Of a stretch of 64,000 nucleotides of DNA, positions 36,369-50,021 are shown one piece after another (positions within the stretch are counted from its first letter, which is position 1; each line of letters starts with the position of its first letter). The translations under genes and the position numbers were made by a program. A model generated the notes under the pieces. That model made no database searches. It saw only the letters and a program-made list of their open reading frames with translations, and had not been told where the DNA came from. Origin of the DNA: Prochlorococcus sp. AG-347-K16 (GTDB taxonomy: Bacteria > Cyanobacteriota > Cyanobacteriia > PCC-6307 > Cyanobiaceae); contig QCCD01000001.1 in NCBI GenBank assembly GCA_003281405.1, forward strand, positions 68,866-132,865, read 5' to 3'.

Positions 36369-36863
36369 TTAGAAATTGTTATATTGAAAAATCAAAATAC
36401 CAGACAAAGCTAAGACTGAAATAATAGAAAAAATTTGAATTAAATTTTTTAAAATAGGTTTTACCTCGATTGAGGCAATAAGTGATTCTTTTTCTTTCAA
36501 AACTAATGGTTTTTCCCATACTTGACCGTCATACCAACCGGACTCCTCATATTCGACTTTTTCAGATATTAATCTATTAAATATATGCTTCCAACCTAGA
36601 TATAACCTTATTGAAATCAAGAGAGGTATTGATAAGCTACTAAAAAAACTTAATAGAATATATTTTAAAAGCGACGTTTCGAAATATACACTACCTGAAG
36701 AAATAACAAGAAATAGAAAAAAGGTTCCTACCCAGAACTTTATCAATATAAGAAATAGTGACTTTTTTGTTTTTGGCCAAGAAAAAATTTTAGATTTTGA
36801 TAATTCTATGAATTCATTTGTAGGTTGCTGCGCTCTAGGGACAGGACATTTAGATTGATTCAT
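36369..36863 (-). CDS. CGLD27 (DUF1230) family protein
   Basis: CPVP..QQPTNEF...LYLGW...YEESGWYDGQVWEKP. Confidence 0.93.
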   Translation of the reverse strand: MNQSKCPVPRAQQPTNEFIELSKSKIFSWPKTKKSLFLILIKFWVGTFFLFLVISSGSVYFETSLLKYILLSFFSSLSIPLLISIRLYLGWKHIFNRLISEKVEYEESGWYDGQVWEKPLVLKEKESLIASIEVKPILKNLIQIFSIISVLALSGILIFQYNNF

Positions 36864-36872
36864 AAAATAAAA

Positions 36873-37217
36873 TTATGGAAATAAAAGATTATCTCCATTA
36901 CTCCAGAATGATTCAAGGTCATAATATTTTCTTATTTCTGGTTGAAAAATATTTACTATCAAATCACCATAATCGAGTAAAGCCCATTTCGCTTCGTTAA
37001 TCCCTTCTTTTCGTATAGGTTCAACTTTAGCCTTTTCTCTAAGCTCTCCTTCTACAGAGTTAGTTATAGATCTAACCTGTACATCAGATAATCCTTCTGC
37101 AATCAAAATCCATTCACTTATAAATGATACTTTGTCAATTTTTATAAGTTTGATATCTCTTGCCTTTTTTTCGTCACATGCTTTGGCTGCTATTAAAACC
37201 AAACTTTTATTGTCCAT
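36873..37217 (-). CDS. rsfS: Ribosome silencing factor
   Basis: ATG at 37217; DEKKARDI...WALLDYGDLIVNIF...YYDLESFW. Confidence 0.95.
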   Translation of the reverse strand: MDNKSLVLIAAKACDEKKARDIKLIKIDKVSFISEWILIAEGLSDVQVRSITNSVEGELREKAKVEPIRKEGINEAKWALLDYGDLIVNIFQPEIRKYYDLESFWSNGDNLLFP

Positions 37218-37845
37218 AAACATTTTCACTTGAAACTGATTTTTCTGAGCCTTCTTGCTGAGATAGTTGTGATCTTGCTTTTTCTGCACTTTTTCTTAAA
37301 GCATCTAATCTATCTTCAAAGAAACTTCTTTTTTTCTTTTTTCGTGTCTTTTCTATTAACTCCTTTAATGCCCCTCCAAGACTTTTATAAGCATTTGGAA
37401 TGCTGTAGCCAAATCTACAAGCAAGATCTATAGCCCTTTCATCTGCGTAAATAGCATCTTGAAGCTTTTTTTCAGAATTATTTTTTAAATATAATCTATA
37501 TCCTGCAAAACTTGATAAACCAAGAGCAAGTAATAAAAGTAGACCATCTTGAACCCAAAGCTCTCCTATCGCGCCTCCAAGTCCTATCGCAAGAGCTGCC
37601 ATTTCCCATCCGTCTCTTGGGATTGTGTCATTTTGAATTTTCCCTACTTCGTGCCAGAACAGTAAGTTTCTGTGGTCAATTGCGTAGTTATCCCATTCAT
37701 CTAAATCTATTTGGATTTCTACTTCGTCACGACCAATTTCCTCAAGTGTTATTAAAGGTGGGTCAATAGCAGCAGCAGCTTCAACAAATACCCAACTTTC
37801 ATTTTCTGGGGGCAACAAACTTTTAAGTCGCTGAAGTTCGCTCAT
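37207..37845 (-). CDS. DUF3318 family protein
   Basis: MSELQRLKSLLPP...RNLLFWHEVG.IQ...WEMAALAIG. Confidence 0.85.
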   Translation of the reverse strand: MSELQRLKSLLPPENESWVFVEAAAAIDPPLITLEEIGRDEVEIQIDLDEWDNYAIDHRNLLFWHEVGKIQNDTIPRDGWEMAALAIGLGGAIGELWVQDGLLLLLALGLSSFAGYRLYLKNNSEKKLQDAIYADERAIDLACRFGYSIPNAYKSLGGALKELIEKTRKKKKRSFFEDRLDALRKSAEKARSQLSQQEGSEKSVSSENVYGQ

Positions 37846-37952
37846 AAAAAATTAATTCCTACCAATACTATAGAAACAAATGTTGCTTTTCAAGTAACTT
37901 GATTAACATCTGATGATTTATAAGTAGCATGAGATAAATGAAGGTTTAAATT

Positions 37953-40900
37953 ATGCCTCAAAGAGGTGATCTTAAAAAAATTCTTATTCTTGGTTCTGGA
38001 CCAATTGTTATAGGACAAGCATGCGAATTTGATTACTCTGGGACCCAAGCGTGTAAAGCTTTAAGAAATGCTGGTTATGAAATTATCTTGATAAATTCTA
38101 ATCCAGCATCAATAATGACTGATCCTGATATTGCTAATAAAACTTATGTTGAACCTTTGACTCCTGATATTGTTTCTCAGATCATTTTAAAGGAAAAACC
38201 TGATGCGATTCTTCCCACTATGGGGGGTCAAACCGCTTTGAATCTTGCAGTTAAATTATCAGAATCAGATTTTTTAAAACAAAATAATATTGAATTAATT
38301 GGTGCTGATTTAGAAGCTATAAAAAAAGCTGAAGATAGAAAATTGTTTAAAGAATCGATGGAGAAAATAAATGTAAATGTATGCCCATCTGGGATTGCAT
38401 CTAACCTTGATGAAGCTATAAATGTATCAAAAGAGATCAGTTCCTATCCTCTTATTATAAGGCCTGCATTTACATTAGGTGGTGTAGGAGGTGGTATTGC
38501 TTTTAACCTTGAAGAATTTGTCGAGTTGTGTAAATCAGGTTTAGAGGAAAGTCCAAGTAATCAAATATTGATTGAAAAATCACTTATAGGATGGAAGGAG
38601 TATGAACTAGAGGTCATGAGAGATACTGCTGACAATGTAGTAATAGTTTGCAGTATTGAAAATTTAGACCCAATGGGTGTCCACACTGGAGATTCGATTA
38701 CTGTAGCTCCCTCACAGACTTTAACAGATAAGGAGTATCAGAGATTGAGGGATTTGTCACTGAAAATCATTAGAGAGGTAGGAGTTGAAACAGGAGGGAG
38801 TAATATCCAATTTGCAATAAATCCATCTAATGGAGATGTGATTGTCATTGAAATGAATCCTCGTGTGAGCAGATCATCTGCTTTGGCTAGTAAAGCAACT
38901 GGATTCCCCATAGCTAAGATTGCTGCTTTATTATCTGTTGGTTTTACTCTTGATGAGATTATTAATGACATTACAAAAAAAACACCCGCATGTTTTGAGC
39001 CATCAATTGACTATGTAGTTACTAAGATCCCTAGATTTGCTTTTGAAAAATTTAAAGGCTCATCTAATACTTTAAGTACTGCTATGAAATCTGTTGGTGA
39101 GTCAATGGCAATAGGTCGTTCTTTTGAAGAATCATTTCAGAAAGCATTAAGGTCATTAGAAGTTGGTGTTTTTGGATGGGAATGTGATTTACAAGATGAA
39201 TTTAAAAATGAGAGTCAAATTAAAAATAGTTTAAGAAACCCTACATCTGAAAGAATTCTCCTAATTAAAAAAGCTATGCAGCATGGAAAAACTAACGATT
39301 ATATTCATGAAGTTACAAATATAGATTTATGGTTTATCGAAAAATTACGTAATATCTTTAATTTTGAAAATGATTTTTTGAAAGATAAGGAACTTTATAC
39401 TCTTGATCGGGACTTGATGTTACATGCTAAACAATTAGGCTTTTCAGATCAACAGATATCAAAGTTAACTAATTCTGAGTTTTTTGAAGTAAGAAGATAT
39501 AGAAAAAAACTTAACATAATTCCAATCTATAAAACTGTTGATACCTGTTCAGCAGAATTCTCATCCTCAACTCCCTATCATTATTCAACTTACGAAGAAT
39601 CTTTCTTTAATTTTAATTCTCAAATTATTGATAATGAGGTTTCAGAAAATAGTAAATCAAAAAAAATTATGATTTTAGGAGGAGGTCCAAACAGAATCGG
39701 TCAAGGAATAGAATTTGATTACTGTTGTTGTCATGCATCATATCAAGCTTCTACAAATGGTTATAAAACAATAATGGTCAATAGTAATCCTGAAACTGTA
39801 TCAACAGATTATGATACTAGCGATATTTTATATTTTGAGCCTTTAACTTTGGAGGATGTGCTTAATATAGTAGAAGCTGAAAATCCTTATGGTTTGATTG
39901 TTCAATTTGGAGGTCAAACTCCACTGAAATTATCATTACCTTTATTTGAATGGCTTAAATCTAATGATGGGATCAAAACTGGATCAAAAATTCTTGGAAC
40001 TTCTCCAATATCAATTGATTTAGCAGAAGATAGAGAGGAATTTACAAAAATTCTTGAAGAATTAAAAATTAGACAACCTTTAAACGGTATTGCACGTAAT
40101 CAAAATGAAGCAGAAATAGTAGCAAAAAATATAGGGTTTCCCTTGGTTGTAAGACCTTCTTATGTTTTAGGTGGAAGGGCAATGGAAATTGTTAAAGATG
40201 AGAATGAATTATCGAGATACATTTCTGAAGCTGTTAAGGTATCACCCGATCATCCAATCCTTCTTGATCAATATTTGAATAATGCAATTGAGATAGATGT
40301 TGATGCATTATGCGATTCAGAGGGTTCGGTTGTAATTGCTGGCCTAATGGAACATGTGGAACCTGCAGGAATACATTCAGGAGATTCAGCTTGTTGCTTA
40401 CCATCTATTTCTCTTTCAACATCCACAATAGAAAATGTAAGAAACTGGACTAAATTAATTGCAAAAAGATTAAATGTTGTTGGTTTAATTAATTTGCAAT
40501 TTGCAGTAATAAATACAATTAATAATGAAAATAAATTATTTATTCTCGAAGCAAATCCAAGAGCATCCAGGACTGTTCCATTTGTTTCAAAAGCCATAGG
40601 TAAACCAGTTGCAAAATTAGCTACTCAGTTAATGCAAGGTTTTACATTAGAAGATCTTAATTTCACAGAAGAATTTACTCCAAAATATCAAGCAGTAAAA
40701 GAGGCCGTTTTACCTTTTAAAAGATTTCCTGGATCTGATACATTACTTGGCCCTGAAATGAGATCTACTGGAGAAGTAATGGGTTTAGCAAAAGATTTTG
40801 GAATTGCTTATGCCAAGTCGGAATTGGCAGCAGGTAATGGAGTTCCCTCAGAAGGAGTTGCTTTTTTATCTACAAATGATCTAGATAAAAAAAATCTTGA

Positions 40901-41249
40901 GGAAGTTGCTAGAGAACTTTTGATTTTAGGATTTAAATTAATTGCAACAAAGGGTACAGCTGCATATTTGATGAATTTAGGAATTCAAGTTGAAGAAGTG
41001 CTAAAAGTTCATGAAGGAAGACCAAATATTGAGGACCTAATTCGTTCGGGACTTGTTCAATTAATAATTAATACTCCAATTGGCTCACAGGCTTTTCATG
41101 ATGATGCTTATTTAAGACGTGCCGCTTTAGAATATAATATTCCAACTTTTACAACTATTCCTGGAGCAAAGGCAGCTATTAAAGCGATCAAAGCTTTGCA
41201 ATGCAATAAAATTAATACTTACTCTCTACAAGAAATCCATAAATATTAA
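37953..41249 (+). CDS. carB: Carbamoyl-phosphate synthase large subunit
   Basis: 1098 aa; [17 protein letters not shown], duplicated ATP-grasp domains, MGS domain. Confidence 0.99.
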   Translation: MPQRGDLKKILILGSGPIVIGQACEFDYSGTQACKALRNAGYEIILINSNPASIMTDPDIANKTYVEPLTPDIVSQIILKEKPDAILPTMGGQTALNLAVKLSESDFLKQNNIELIGADLEAIKKAEDRKLFKESMEKINVNVCPSGIASNLDEAINVSKEISSYPLIIRPAFTLGGVGGGIAFNLEEFVELCKSGLEESPSNQILIEKSLIGWKEYELEVMRDTADNVVIVCSIENLDPMGVHTGDSITVAPSQTLTDKEYQRLRDLSLKIIREVGVETGGSNIQFAINPSNGDVIVIEMNPRVSRSSALASKATGFPIAKIAALLSVGFTLDEIINDITKKTPACFEPSIDYVVTKIPRFAFEKFKGSSNTLSTAMKSVGESMAIGRSFEESFQKALRSLEVGVFGWECDLQDEFKNESQIKNSLRNPTSERILLIKKAMQHGKTNDYIHEVTNIDLWFIEKLRNIFNFENDFLKDKELYTLDRDLMLHAKQLGFSDQQISKLTNSEFFEVRRYRKKLNIIPIYKTVDTCSAEFSSSTPYHYSTYEESFFNFNSQIIDNEVSENSKSKKIMILGGGPNRIGQGIEFDYCCCHASYQASTNGYKTIMVNSNPETVSTDYDTSDILYFEPLTLEDVLNIVEAENPYGLIVQFGGQTPLKLSLPLFEWLKSNDGIKTGSKILGTSPISIDLAEDREEFTKILEELKIRQPLNGIARNQNEAEIVAKNIGFPLVVRPSYVLGGRAMEIVKDENELSRYISEAVKVSPDHPILLDQYLNNAIEIDVDALCDSEGSVVIAGLMEHVEPAGIHSGDSACCLPSISLSTSTIENVRNWTKLIAKRLNVVGLINLQFAVINTINNENKLFILEANPRASRTVPFVSKAIGKPVAKLATQLMQGFTLEDLNFTEEFTPKYQAVKEAVLPFKRFPGSDTLLGPEMRSTGEVMGLAKDFGIAYAKSELAAGNGVPSEGVAFLSTNDLDKKNLEEVARELLILGFKLIATKGTAAYLMNLGIQVEEVLKVHEGRPNIEDLIRSGLVQLIINTPIGSQAFHDDAYLRRAALEYNIPTFTTIPGAKAAIKAIKALQCNKINTYSLQEIHKY

Positions 41250-41253
41250 AATT

Positions 41254-41472
41254 TTATTCTAAGTTTTTTAGCTTTTCTCTTAATTGATTAACTAAAGAGT
41301 TTCGACTAATTGAGAGTAATTTGAGAGTATCTTGATGCATCTTAAGTTGTGTCTCCGCTATTTGTAGTATTTTTATAGATTCTTTTATTTCATTAGGAAG
41401 TTCATTTATTAAATATTTTTTGCCTTCAAAGGTTAAAACTGGATTTGCAGAATCATTTGTGTTTTCGCTCAT
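41254..41472 (-). CDS. Conserved hypothetical protein (DUF6447-like)
   Basis: PVLTFEGKKYLINELP followed by a coiled coil. Confidence 0.75.
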   Translation of the reverse strand: MSENTNDSANPVLTFEGKKYLINELPNEIKESIKILQIAETQLKMHQDTLKLLSISRNSLVNQLREKLKNLE

Positions 41473-41501
41473 GGGTTTACTTTTTAATAAACAAAATAGA
41501 A

Positions 41502-43208
41502 CTATAATTTTTTAATAAATTGTTTTTCACATAATTCTTTATAAATTCCAGGTTTATTTATTAAATCAATGTGTTTCCCAACTTCAATAATTTCACCTTT
41601 ATCGAAAACAACTATTTTATTTGCCTCTTGAGTAGTGGCTAATCTATGAGCAATTACAATAACTGTTCTATCTTTCATCGCTCTATTAAGTCCTTTTTGC
41701 ACTTCAGATTCTGATTCTGCATCTAACGCACTTGTTGCCTCATCTAAAAGAAGAATTGATGGATTACCAAGTATTGCTCTTGCAATTGCTATCCTCTGGA
41801 TCTGACCACCTGAGAAATTTGATCCTCTTTCAGTTATCTCAGTTTCGTATTTCATTGGAAGCTTTTGAATGAAGTTGTGAGCGTTAGCCTTTCTTGCTGA
41901 TTCTATAACTTCTTCTTTGGTGAAATTTCTGCCCATTCTTATTACATCAATAATTGTTCCTGAAAACAAAAAAGGCTGTTGTTGTACTAACGCAATTTTG
42001 TTTCTAATATCTTTTGTATTTAATATTTTGAGATTTTTATCATCAATAAAAATGTCTCCATTATTTGGATTTATAAACTTTAATATCAAAGCCAACATTG
42101 TACTTTTACCAGCTCCAGAAGCTCCAACAAATGCTGTAACTTCCCCTCTTTTAATTTCTAAATTGATATTTTTAAGTACTTGGTTATCTTTTTGGTAAGC
42201 AAAATTAACTTTCTTGAAATTTATTTTCCCTTCAAGATTGGATATCCTTCGTAAATTTTCTTTATCATCTTCGACAGGTTCTTGATTTATGTTTTTCAAT
42301 CTTTTTATTGAAGCTTCTGTCTGTTTATAGTCATTGAAATTTATACTTATATGGCTTATTGGATCAATAAGCATTAATATTGCTGCAAAAAAACTACTAA
42401 ATTCTTCGCTTGTTAGAAGACCTAGATTGATTCTTACTGCTCCTAAACCTAATATTGCTAATATTCCAAATGCTTCAACAAATCCAACAACTGGATGTTG
42501 AAATGCAAGTAGTTTTAATGTTTTATATTTTGCTTTTTTATTTGTACTCAATCTTTTATAAAATCTTTTCTCAATCCAATTTTCTGCAGCAAAAGATCTT
42601 ATTGTAGACATTCCATTTATAGATTCACCTATTAAACTAGCTAAATTACTTGTTGATTCCTGACTTTTTTCGGAAGCTATTAAAACTTTTCTTCCAAAAC
42701 TGTTAACTGAAAGAATAATCAATGGTGCTAAAACAAAAGTTGATACTGTTAGTGACCAGTCTAAATAAAACATATAGATTATTACCGCTAACAACTGTAA
42801 AGTGCATGGAATAGTATCTTGAGCTGTTTTATAAATAACTTCGCTTACCCTATCAGCATCTTCTGTAAGTCTATATGTGATATCCCCGGCTGAAATATTT
42901 TCAAAAGAATTCATCTTTATTTTTTGAATTCTGCTAAATAAATTTCCTCTCATCACTTCACTAATTTCTAAAGCTGGCTTTGCTATTAATACATCCTGTC
43001 CAAATTGAGCAGTTTTTTGAACTAAAAATACAAATAAAGACTTAATTATTATGCTAGAAACTTTTGAGAGATCACCTGACCCAATTGCTGGGATTAAGTT
43101 TCCAGCTAAATAAGCTAATAAAGGCCAACAAGCTACGTAAATAAGCATGCATATAAAACCCTTGATAAACCTTTTTGAATATGGTCTGACTGGCGGTATT
43201 AGTCTCAA
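41502..43208 (-). CDS. ABC transporter, fused permease/ATPase (MsbA-like)
   Basis: GASGAGKST, FSGGQIQRIAIARA, LLDEATSALD. Confidence 0.95.
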   Translation of the reverse strand: MRLIPPVRPYSKRFIKGFICMLIYVACWPLLAYLAGNLIPAIGSGDLSKVSSIIIKSLFVFLVQKTAQFGQDVLIAKPALEISEVMRGNLFSRIQKIKMNSFENISAGDITYRLTEDADRVSEVIYKTAQDTIPCTLQLLAVIIYMFYLDWSLTVSTFVLAPLIILSVNSFGRKVLIASEKSQESTSNLASLIGESINGMSTIRSFAAENWIEKRFYKRLSTNKKAKYKTLKLLAFQHPVVGFVEAFGILAILGLGAVRINLGLLTSEEFSSFFAAILMLIDPISHISINFNDYKQTEASIKRLKNINQEPVEDDKENLRRISNLEGKINFKKVNFAYQKDNQVLKNINLEIKRGEVTAFVGASGAGKSTMLALILKFINPNNGDIFIDDKNLKILNTKDIRNKIALVQQQPFLFSGTIIDVIRMGRNFTKEEVIESARKANAHNFIQKLPMKYETEITERGSNFSGGQIQRIAIARAILGNPSILLLDEATSALDAESESEVQKGLNRAMKDRTVIVIAHRLATTQEANKIVVFDKGEIIEVGKHIDLINKPGIYKELCEKQFIKKL

Positions 43209-43265
43209 GATATTATATATTTAATGTTTATCCTACTTTATCAATATCTTTGGGTATAAAAAACA

Positions 43266-43442
43266 ATGAAATTGGATCAATTCTTAAAATGGAAAAATTT
43301 GGTATCTTCTGGTGGCGAAGCAAAAATTTTTATTAAATCTGGTTCGGTCATAGTTAATGGTGTAATTGAGACTAGGAGAGGAAGGAAGTTAAACAAAGGG
43401 GATAAAGTAATATTTCTAAAAAATGAATTAATTTTTGAATAG
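43266..43442 (+). CDS. S4-domain RNA-binding protein (YaaA/YbcJ-like), 58 aa
   Basis: Read by hand: [42 protein letters not shown]. Confidence 0.93.
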   Translation: MKLDQFLKWKNLVSSGGEAKIFIKSGSVIVNGVIETRRGRKLNKGDKVIFLKNELIFE

Positions 43443-43477
43443 TTAGCTTATTCAACTCAATTTGTATTATATTTTTC

Positions 43478-44221
43478 TTGGAGATGATTGGTATTTTGAG
43501 AAAATCTGTAATTGCTGGTAATTGGAAAATGCACATGACTTGTGCTGAAGCTAAATCCTATTTAGAAGAGTTTATTCCTTTAATAAAAAACATAAAAGAC
43601 GATCGTAAAGTTGTTATTGCACCTCCTTTTACGGCTATTTCAACCTTTTCTTATCATTCTGATTTTGATTATTTAGATATTTCTAGTCAAAATATTCATT
43701 GGGAAGATCAAGGAGCATTTACTGCAGAAATATCTCCAAAAATGCTTCTTGAACATGGTGTCTCATATGCAATCGTTGGACATAGTGAACCAAGGAAATA
43801 TTTTAGTGAAAGTGATGAACAAATTAATAAAAGAGCAGTTTTTGCTCAATCTAGTGGACTTACTCCAATAGTTTGTGTTGGAGAAACATTAGAACAAAGA
43901 GAGAGAGGAGAAGCTAATAGAGTTATTACTAGACAGGTTGAACAAGGATTAGAAAATACAGATCCAAAAAATTTAATAGTTGCATATGAACCAATATGGG
44001 CTATAGGGACAGGTAAAACATGTGAGGCTAAAGAAGCTAATAAGATATGTTCTTTGATTCGGAAATTAATAGGCTTTGATGATGTAATTATTCAATATGG
44101 AGGATCTGTTAAACCTAATAATATTGACGAAATCATGTCAATGACTGATATAGATGGGGTGTTAGTTGGAGGGGCTTCATTAGATCCGAATAGCTTTGCA
44201 AGAATTGCCAATTATCAATAA
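43478..44221 (+). CDS. tpiA: Triosephosphate isomerase
   Basis: [29 protein letters not shown]; true start may be TTG at 43496. Confidence 0.98.
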   Translation: MEMIGILRKSVIAGNWKMHMTCAEAKSYLEEFIPLIKNIKDDRKVVIAPPFTAISTFSYHSDFDYLDISSQNIHWEDQGAFTAEISPKMLLEHGVSYAIVGHSEPRKYFSESDEQINKRAVFAQSSGLTPIVCVGETLEQRERGEANRVITRQVEQGLENTDPKNLIVAYEPIWAIGTGKTCEAKEANKICSLIRKLIGFDDVIIQYGGSVKPNNIDEIMSMTDIDGVLVGGASLDPNSFARIANYQ

Positions 44222-45050
44222 GAAAGATCCATGGCCAAAAGGCTGGGGACAAAAAACTTCAATTATGGGGGTTATTAATTTAACTCCAGATTCATTTAGT
44301 GATGGTGGAGAATTAAACTCTTCAAAAAAGGTTTTGGATCAAGTAAATCATTTTTTGAGTAATGGAGTGGATGTTATAGATCTTGGTGCTCAAAGTACAA
44401 GGCCTGGTGCTGAAGAAGTTGGATCTAGTATAGAAATAGAAAGATTGATCCCATATTTGAAATTAATAAAATCTGAATATCCCGATGTTTTAATCTCAAT
44501 TGATACCTTTAATTCTGAGGTTGCTTATGAAGCTCTTTTAAATGGCGCTAATTGGATAAATGATGTCACTGGAGGAAGAAGAGATAAAAATATTTTGGAT
44601 GTTGTATCAAAATTCAACTGTCCATTCGTCATAACTCATAGTCGTGGTAATAGTCAAAACATGAATCAACTCTCTAATTACCAAAATTTATTGAGTGATG
44701 TTAAGTGCTCGCTTGATAATTTAATAAAAAAAGCTTTAGAAAAAAATATATCTGAAAGAAATATAATAGTGGATCCCGGAATTGGTTTTTCAAAGGATAT
44801 TATTCATAATTTGGAAATCTTGAGAAATTTAGATGTATTTAAAAAATGGAAGTTGCCAATTTTGATAGGTGCATCTAGGAAGAGATTTATCGGAGAAATT
44901 TTGAATGAAAAAAATGTAAAAGAAAGGGATATAGGAACACTAGCAATAAGTTGTCTATGCTCTCAATTTAATATTGATATTGTGAGAGTTCATAACGTTA
45001 AACTAAATTATCAAATTCTTAAAGTAGCTGATAGGATTTACAGAAAATAA
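44196..45050 (+). CDS. folP: Dihydropteroate synthase
   Basis: [32 protein letters not shown]. Confidence 0.97.
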   Translation: MQELPIINKKDPWPKGWGQKTSIMGVINLTPDSFSDGGELNSSKKVLDQVNHFLSNGVDVIDLGAQSTRPGAEEVGSSIEIERLIPYLKLIKSEYPDVLISIDTFNSEVAYEALLNGANWINDVTGGRRDKNILDVVSKFNCPFVITHSRGNSQNMNQLSNYQNLLSDVKCSLDNLIKKALEKNISERNIIVDPGIGFSKDIIHNLEILRNLDVFKKWKLPILIGASRKRFIGEILNEKNVKERDIGTLAISCLCSQFNIDIVRVHNVKLNYQILKVADRIYRK

Positions 45051-45058
45051 TAAATTTA

Positions 45059-48000
45059 TTATTCTTTAACTCCCTCGATTTTATCCTCTACCTCTTGGTA
45101 TAGTTCTTTCAACTGTTCTATATTTTCATCTGATGTTTCCCAATATCCCCTACCATTAACTTCTAGCAATGTTCCCACAATTCTTCTGAAACTATTAGGA
45201 TTAAGATCCATTAATCTTTTCCTCATCTCTTCGTCATTTATAAATGTTTCGTTAGTTTCTTCATATACAAAATTATCTACTTGACCACTTGTCGCACTCC
45301 AACCAAGAGTGTAATTAAGTCTGTTAGAAAGTTCTCTAACTCCTTCATAGCCAGATTTGAGCATGCCTTCATACCACTTAGGATTTAAAAGTTTTGTTCT
45401 GGAGTCTAATCTAATAGTTTCTCCAAGTGTTCTAACTTGAGCATTAGAAGTGGTTGTATCCGCTATGTAGCTACTTGGTTCTTTTCCGTCATCTCTTAAC
45501 GTCTTGATCAATTTTGTTGGATCCGAATCAAAATAATGACTTACATCTGTTAATGAAATCTCTGAAGAATCAAGGTTTTGAAATGTAACATCTGCTGTTT
45601 TCATTACTGACTCAAATACCTCTCTTTTTTGATTCATCTCACCTGGATTATCGGCATTAAAAGCATATGTTTTGCGAGATAAATACATTTCTTGTAATTC
45701 ATTTTCTTCCTCCCATGTTGAATTTTCTACGGCTAAATTAACATTTGAACTGTAACTTCCACTTGCATTAGAGAATACTCTCGCTGAAGCTTCTCTGATA
45801 GAAGTGCCTTCTTTTTCTGCTTGTTCTAGTGAATGTTTCCTTACGAAATTAGATTCCAATGGTTCATCAGCTTCAGCTGCTAATTTGACTGCTTGATCTA
45901 TTAATGCCATTTGATTGATAAATAGATCTCTAAATACTCCAGAACAGTTAACTACTACATCTATTCTTGGCCTCCCTAATTCTTCTAAAGGGATTAATTC
46001 TAGTTTGTTTATTCTTCCAACAGAATCTGGTTTTGGTTTTACTCCAACAAACCATAAGATTTGTGCCAGTGATTCTCCATAAGTTTTGATGTTATCAGTG
46101 CCCCATAAAACACAAGCTATTGTTTCAGGCCAAGTTCCTTGCTCTTCTTTTTGTCTTTCAATTAATTTGTCAACAACAGACTTAGCTGCAGCTACTGCTG
46201 CTGTAGTTGGGATTGATTGAGGATCAAGTGCATGGATATTTTTACCACTGGGCAAAACACCTGGATTTCTTATGGGATCTCCACCTGGTCCAGGTAAAAC
46301 ATAATTTCCATCTAATGCTTTAATTAGGCTATCCATTTCTTTGTCTGCGCAGACCTGTTCCAAACAGAAAAGTAAGTAATCAAATAATTTGTTTAATTCC
46401 TTCTGATTAACCTCATTAAATCCATTTAATCTACATACTCTTAGCCAAGGGGTAGGTAGATTTAGACCAAAAACTTTAAGTAGATCGAAAAGTTTGGAAA
46501 GAAGTGATTTTTCTAAATAAACTCTGCCATCAACAATTTTTAAAGAGTTGACCATCGCAAAAATCGACTCTCTTGCTGTCTTTATGATTTTTTCATTTAA
46601 CTCTACAAATTTAAGTTCACCTTTATTATTACCATCATAAACTTGTTCAATAGTTAGACCGATGGATTCTGCAAGTAATCCAGGAAGAGATCTTAATCCT
46701 TCTTGTTCTCTCTCTAGAGATGCAATATTTACAAGTGTTGCAACAGCTTCTTCTGCTGTTGGAGCTTCTCCAATAGTATGAAGACCGCAAGGTAACAATC
46801 TACTTTCAATTTCCATCAACTGTTTGTAGACATTACCAACAAATAAATCTCTTTCATCTATTGAAAGTTCTTCTACGTCTTTTGAAGGAAGTTCTACATC
46901 TTTGTCAAGGTTACATTGTTTAGAAGTCTCAACTATTGCATTAACAATTTGAATACCCCTACTATTTTCTCTTAATTGTTGATAAGAACCAACGAGTTCA
47001 CTTAGTTCTTTAAGTCCTTTGTAGAGTCCTGCATTTTCTGCTGGAGGAGTCAGATAACTAATAGTTGAAGCATATCCTCTTCTCTTCGCAATTGTTGCTT
47101 CAGATGGGTTATTAGCGGCATAGTAATACAAATTAGGCAATGATCCAATGAGTGAATCTGGATAGCAAGTTTCACTCATGCCCATCTGCTTCCCAGGCAT
47201 AAACTCAAGTGAGCCGTGAGTTCCAAAATGAAGAACAGCATCAGCCCCCCAGATTTTTTCAACATACGTGTAATAAGCAGCAAAACCATGATGAGGACTT
47301 GCACTTCTTGAATAGAGCAATCTCATGGGATCACCTTCATAACCGAATGTAGGTTGAACTCCTATAAAAACATTTCCAAAATGTTTTCCATAGATAAGGA
47401 GATTTTGTCCGTCACTATTAAGGTTCCCAGGAGGTTTACCCCAATTTTCTTCAAGTCTTTGTGAAAATGGTGTGAACTTTTCGTATTCTTTTACTGACAT
47501 CTTATGAGCAATATTTAATTCTGGAGAGCCATCCATCGCTTCAGGATTGTTAATTACTTTTTCCATTAATTCTTTTGAATTACTTGGAAGTTCATCTATT
47601 TGATATCCTTTCGATTTCATTTCAAGAAGTACTCGATAAATTGAACCAAAAACATTCAAGTATGCTGCAGTACCAACATTTCCTTTGTCTGGTGGAAAAC
47701 TAAATACTGTGATGGCTAATTTTTTATCCTTTCTTTGTTTAACTCTTAAAGTTGACCATTTTATTGCTCTTTCAGCTATTACATTCACTCGATCTTGGAG
47801 CGTATGCGCCTTACCTGTAGCATCATCACGACCTGAGAGAATAATAGGTTCAATAGCGCCATCAAGCTCTGGAATTGCAATTTGAAGTGCAACCTGAACA
47901 GGGTGTAAACCTAGATCACTATCTTCCCATTCTTGTGTGGTTTGGAAGACTAATGGAAGTGCAACCATATAGGGTCTGTTTAACCTTTTTAGGGCTTCAA

Positions 48001-49069
48001 TAGCTTTAGGATGATCTTGTCTCGCTGGCCCACCTACTAGTGCAAATCCTGTTAGAGATACAACTCCATCTACTATAGGTTGATCGTTATTTATGGAATC
48101 ATAATAAAATTCATTAACTGGCTTAGAAAAATCTAGACCTCCACAGAATATAGGTAATACTCTCGCCCCTCTGTATTCCAATTCTTGAATAACAGCAACG
48201 TAATGCGCATCATCTCCAGTAACTATATGACTCCTTTGAAGAACTAAGCCTATTGTTGGAGTTTTGTCATCTTTAGGATTTATATCTTTCCTATTATTTT
48301 CCCAATTTTGATATTCTTTAAGACTTTCAAACATGCAAGGAGCAAGAGGATGCCAAATCCCTAAATCTGGAAATGTTTCAGGGTCTTGAATTTTGAATTC
48401 TTCTATTTGATCTTTTATGATCTTTGAAACAGCGTACTTTTCAGAAATCATTAACAAGAAGTTTTTTAAGTTCTCAGTAGTACCACCTAACCAGTACTGA
48501 AAACTCAGAATAAATGTTCTAGCATCTTGAGCTTTTTCTACTGGGAGATATTTAAGTATTGAAGGTAGTGTATTTAATAACTTCAACATTGAATCTTGGA
48601 AACTTGCTCCATCAGATTCTTTTTTCTTTTTTATTAAATCTCCAATAATACTTTTGGATTGACCAAGTTGGGCCATACTAAATGAACCCAGCTTATTTAA
48701 TCTCATTACCTCTGGCATGGAGGGGAAAATAATTGATGCTTTAAGTTTGTCTTTAAATGGAGATACTGCATCAACCACTTTTTGAGCAAGGTCCTCAATG
48801 AAGATTAGAGAAGCAACAAATATATCTGCATTAGCTATATCTTCTTTAAAATCTTCAAAATTATTATCATTCCTAAGTTCTTCGATAAGGTAGCCACTAA
48901 GGTCTATACCTATTGGCCCATTCATCTTATTTATAGACTTTGCAGCTTCCGTTAAGGAATTTTGGTATTGTGGCTCAAGGACAACATAAACTGCTTTTAT
49001 TACAACTTTGTGTTTGTTATCCTCAACAGGAGATACTCTGCGGTTTGCTGAGCGGACCTGCGTAAACAT
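45059..49069 (-). CDS. chlH: Magnesium chelatase subunit H
   Basis: 1336 aa; [32 protein letters not shown]. Confidence 0.98.
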   Translation of the reverse strand: MFTQVRSANRRVSPVEDNKHKVVIKAVYVVLEPQYQNSLTEAAKSINKMNGPIGIDLSGYLIEELRNDNNFEDFKEDIANADIFVASLIFIEDLAQKVVDAVSPFKDKLKASIIFPSMPEVMRLNKLGSFSMAQLGQSKSIIGDLIKKKKESDGASFQDSMLKLLNTLPSILKYLPVEKAQDARTFILSFQYWLGGTTENLKNFLLMISEKYAVSKIIKDQIEEFKIQDPETFPDLGIWHPLAPCMFESLKEYQNWENNRKDINPKDDKTPTIGLVLQRSHIVTGDDAHYVAVIQELEYRGARVLPIFCGGLDFSKPVNEFYYDSINNDQPIVDGVVSLTGFALVGGPARQDHPKAIEALKRLNRPYMVALPLVFQTTQEWEDSDLGLHPVQVALQIAIPELDGAIEPIILSGRDDATGKAHTLQDRVNVIAERAIKWSTLRVKQRKDKKLAITVFSFPPDKGNVGTAAYLNVFGSIYRVLLEMKSKGYQIDELPSNSKELMEKVINNPEAMDGSPELNIAHKMSVKEYEKFTPFSQRLEENWGKPPGNLNSDGQNLLIYGKHFGNVFIGVQPTFGYEGDPMRLLYSRSASPHHGFAAYYTYVEKIWGADAVLHFGTHGSLEFMPGKQMGMSETCYPDSLIGSLPNLYYYAANNPSEATIAKRRGYASTISYLTPPAENAGLYKGLKELSELVGSYQQLRENSRGIQIVNAIVETSKQCNLDKDVELPSKDVEELSIDERDLFVGNVYKQLMEIESRLLPCGLHTIGEAPTAEEAVATLVNIASLEREQEGLRSLPGLLAESIGLTIEQVYDGNNKGELKFVELNEKIIKTARESIFAMVNSLKIVDGRVYLEKSLLSKLFDLLKVFGLNLPTPWLRVCRLNGFNEVNQKELNKLFDYLLFCLEQVCADKEMDSLIKALDGNYVLPGPGGDPIRNPGVLPSGKNIHALDPQSIPTTAAVAAAKSVVDKLIERQKEEQGTWPETIACVLWGTDNIKTYGESLAQILWFVGVKPKPDSVGRINKLELIPLEELGRPRIDVVVNCSGVFRDLFINQMALIDQAVKLAAEADEPLESNFVRKHSLEQAEKEGTSIREASARVFSNASGSYSSNVNLAVENSTWEEENELQEMYLSRKTYAFNADNPGEMNQKREVFESVMKTADVTFQNLDSSEISLTDVSHYFDSDPTKLIKTLRDDGKEPSSYIADTTTSNAQVRTLGETIRLDSRTKLLNPKWYEGMLKSGYEGVRELSNRLNYTLGWSATSGQVDNFVYEETNETFINDEEMRKRLMDLNPNSFRRIVGTLLEVNGRGYWETSDENIEQLKELYQEVEDKIEGVKE

Positions 49070-49171
49070 TGATTTTCTTTAAGTATTTCTACCAGCCTAC
49101 GAATGAAAAGACGTTATTGTGTGCAATATAAATAGCGTGTAACAACCTTTAAAAAAAAATTTTTTAAAAAA

Positions 49172-50020
49172 ATGATTGAAAATTCTAAAAAACCCATACC
49201 AGTACTAGTATCCGGAGCGTTAGGCAGAATGGGTAGCGAAGTTGTTAATGCTGTATTAAATTCTACAGATTGTGAACTTGTTGCAGCAATTGACATAAAT
49301 GAAAAGAACAATGGCTCAAATATTTCTGAATTATTGAAGGTGAAAAATTGTGATGTTTTTGTTTCAAACGATTTTGAAGGGACTTTATGTTCTGTTAGTC
49401 AAAACTATAGAATTGAAAATATCAAACCTGTGCTGGTTGATTTTACTCATCCTGATTCTGTATATGAAAATGCCAGATCAGCAATTGCATATGGTGTATC
49501 ACCAGTAGTAGGAACTACAGGTCTAAACCCTTCGCAAATACAAGATTTGTCTGTTTTTGCTCAGAAAGCATCCGTTGGTTGTGCAATAATTCCTAATTTC
49601 TCAGTTGGTATGGTGCTTCTTCAGCAGGCGGCATCGGTAGCTGCAAGGTTTTATGACAATATTGAATTAATAGAGATGCATCATAATCAAAAAGCTGATT
49701 CTCCTAGTGGGACATGTATAAAAACTGCAGAAATGATTGAAGAATATCCAAAGAAATTTAATCAGAATTTAGTAAAAGAGTCTGAGTCATTGAAAGGTGT
49801 ACGCGGTGGGCTCAGAGATTCAGGAATTAATATTCATTCTGTACGATTACCTGGATTACTCGCTCATCAGTTAGTAATTATGGGATCTCCAGGTGAAACT
49901 TACACAATTAAGCATGACACTATTGATAGAAAGGCTTATATGCCAGGAGTTTTACAAGCTATTAAAAAAATTGGTAATTATGAAACTTTAGTTTACGGAC
50001 TTGAAAAATTGATTTTTTAA
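49172..50020 (+). CDS. dapB: 4-hydroxy-tetrahydrodipicolinate reductase
   Basis: [31 protein letters not shown]. Confidence 0.97.
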   Translation: MIENSKKPIPVLVSGALGRMGSEVVNAVLNSTDCELVAAIDINEKNNGSNISELLKVKNCDVFVSNDFEGTLCSVSQNYRIENIKPVLVDFTHPDSVYENARSAIAYGVSPVVGTTGLNPSQIQDLSVFAQKASVGCAIIPNFSVGMVLLQQAASVAARFYDNIELIEMHHNQKADSPSGTCIKTAEMIEEYPKKFNQNLVKESESLKGVRGGLRDSGINIHSVRLPGLLAHQLVIMGSPGETYTIKHDTIDRKAYMPGVLQAIKKIGNYETLVYGLEKLIF

Positions 50021-50021
50021 C

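Noticed and set aside
37894-37907. GTA-N8-AAC upstream of carB as an NtcA site
   Set aside because: One half-site mismatches and no -10 element sits at the expected spacing; likely chance.
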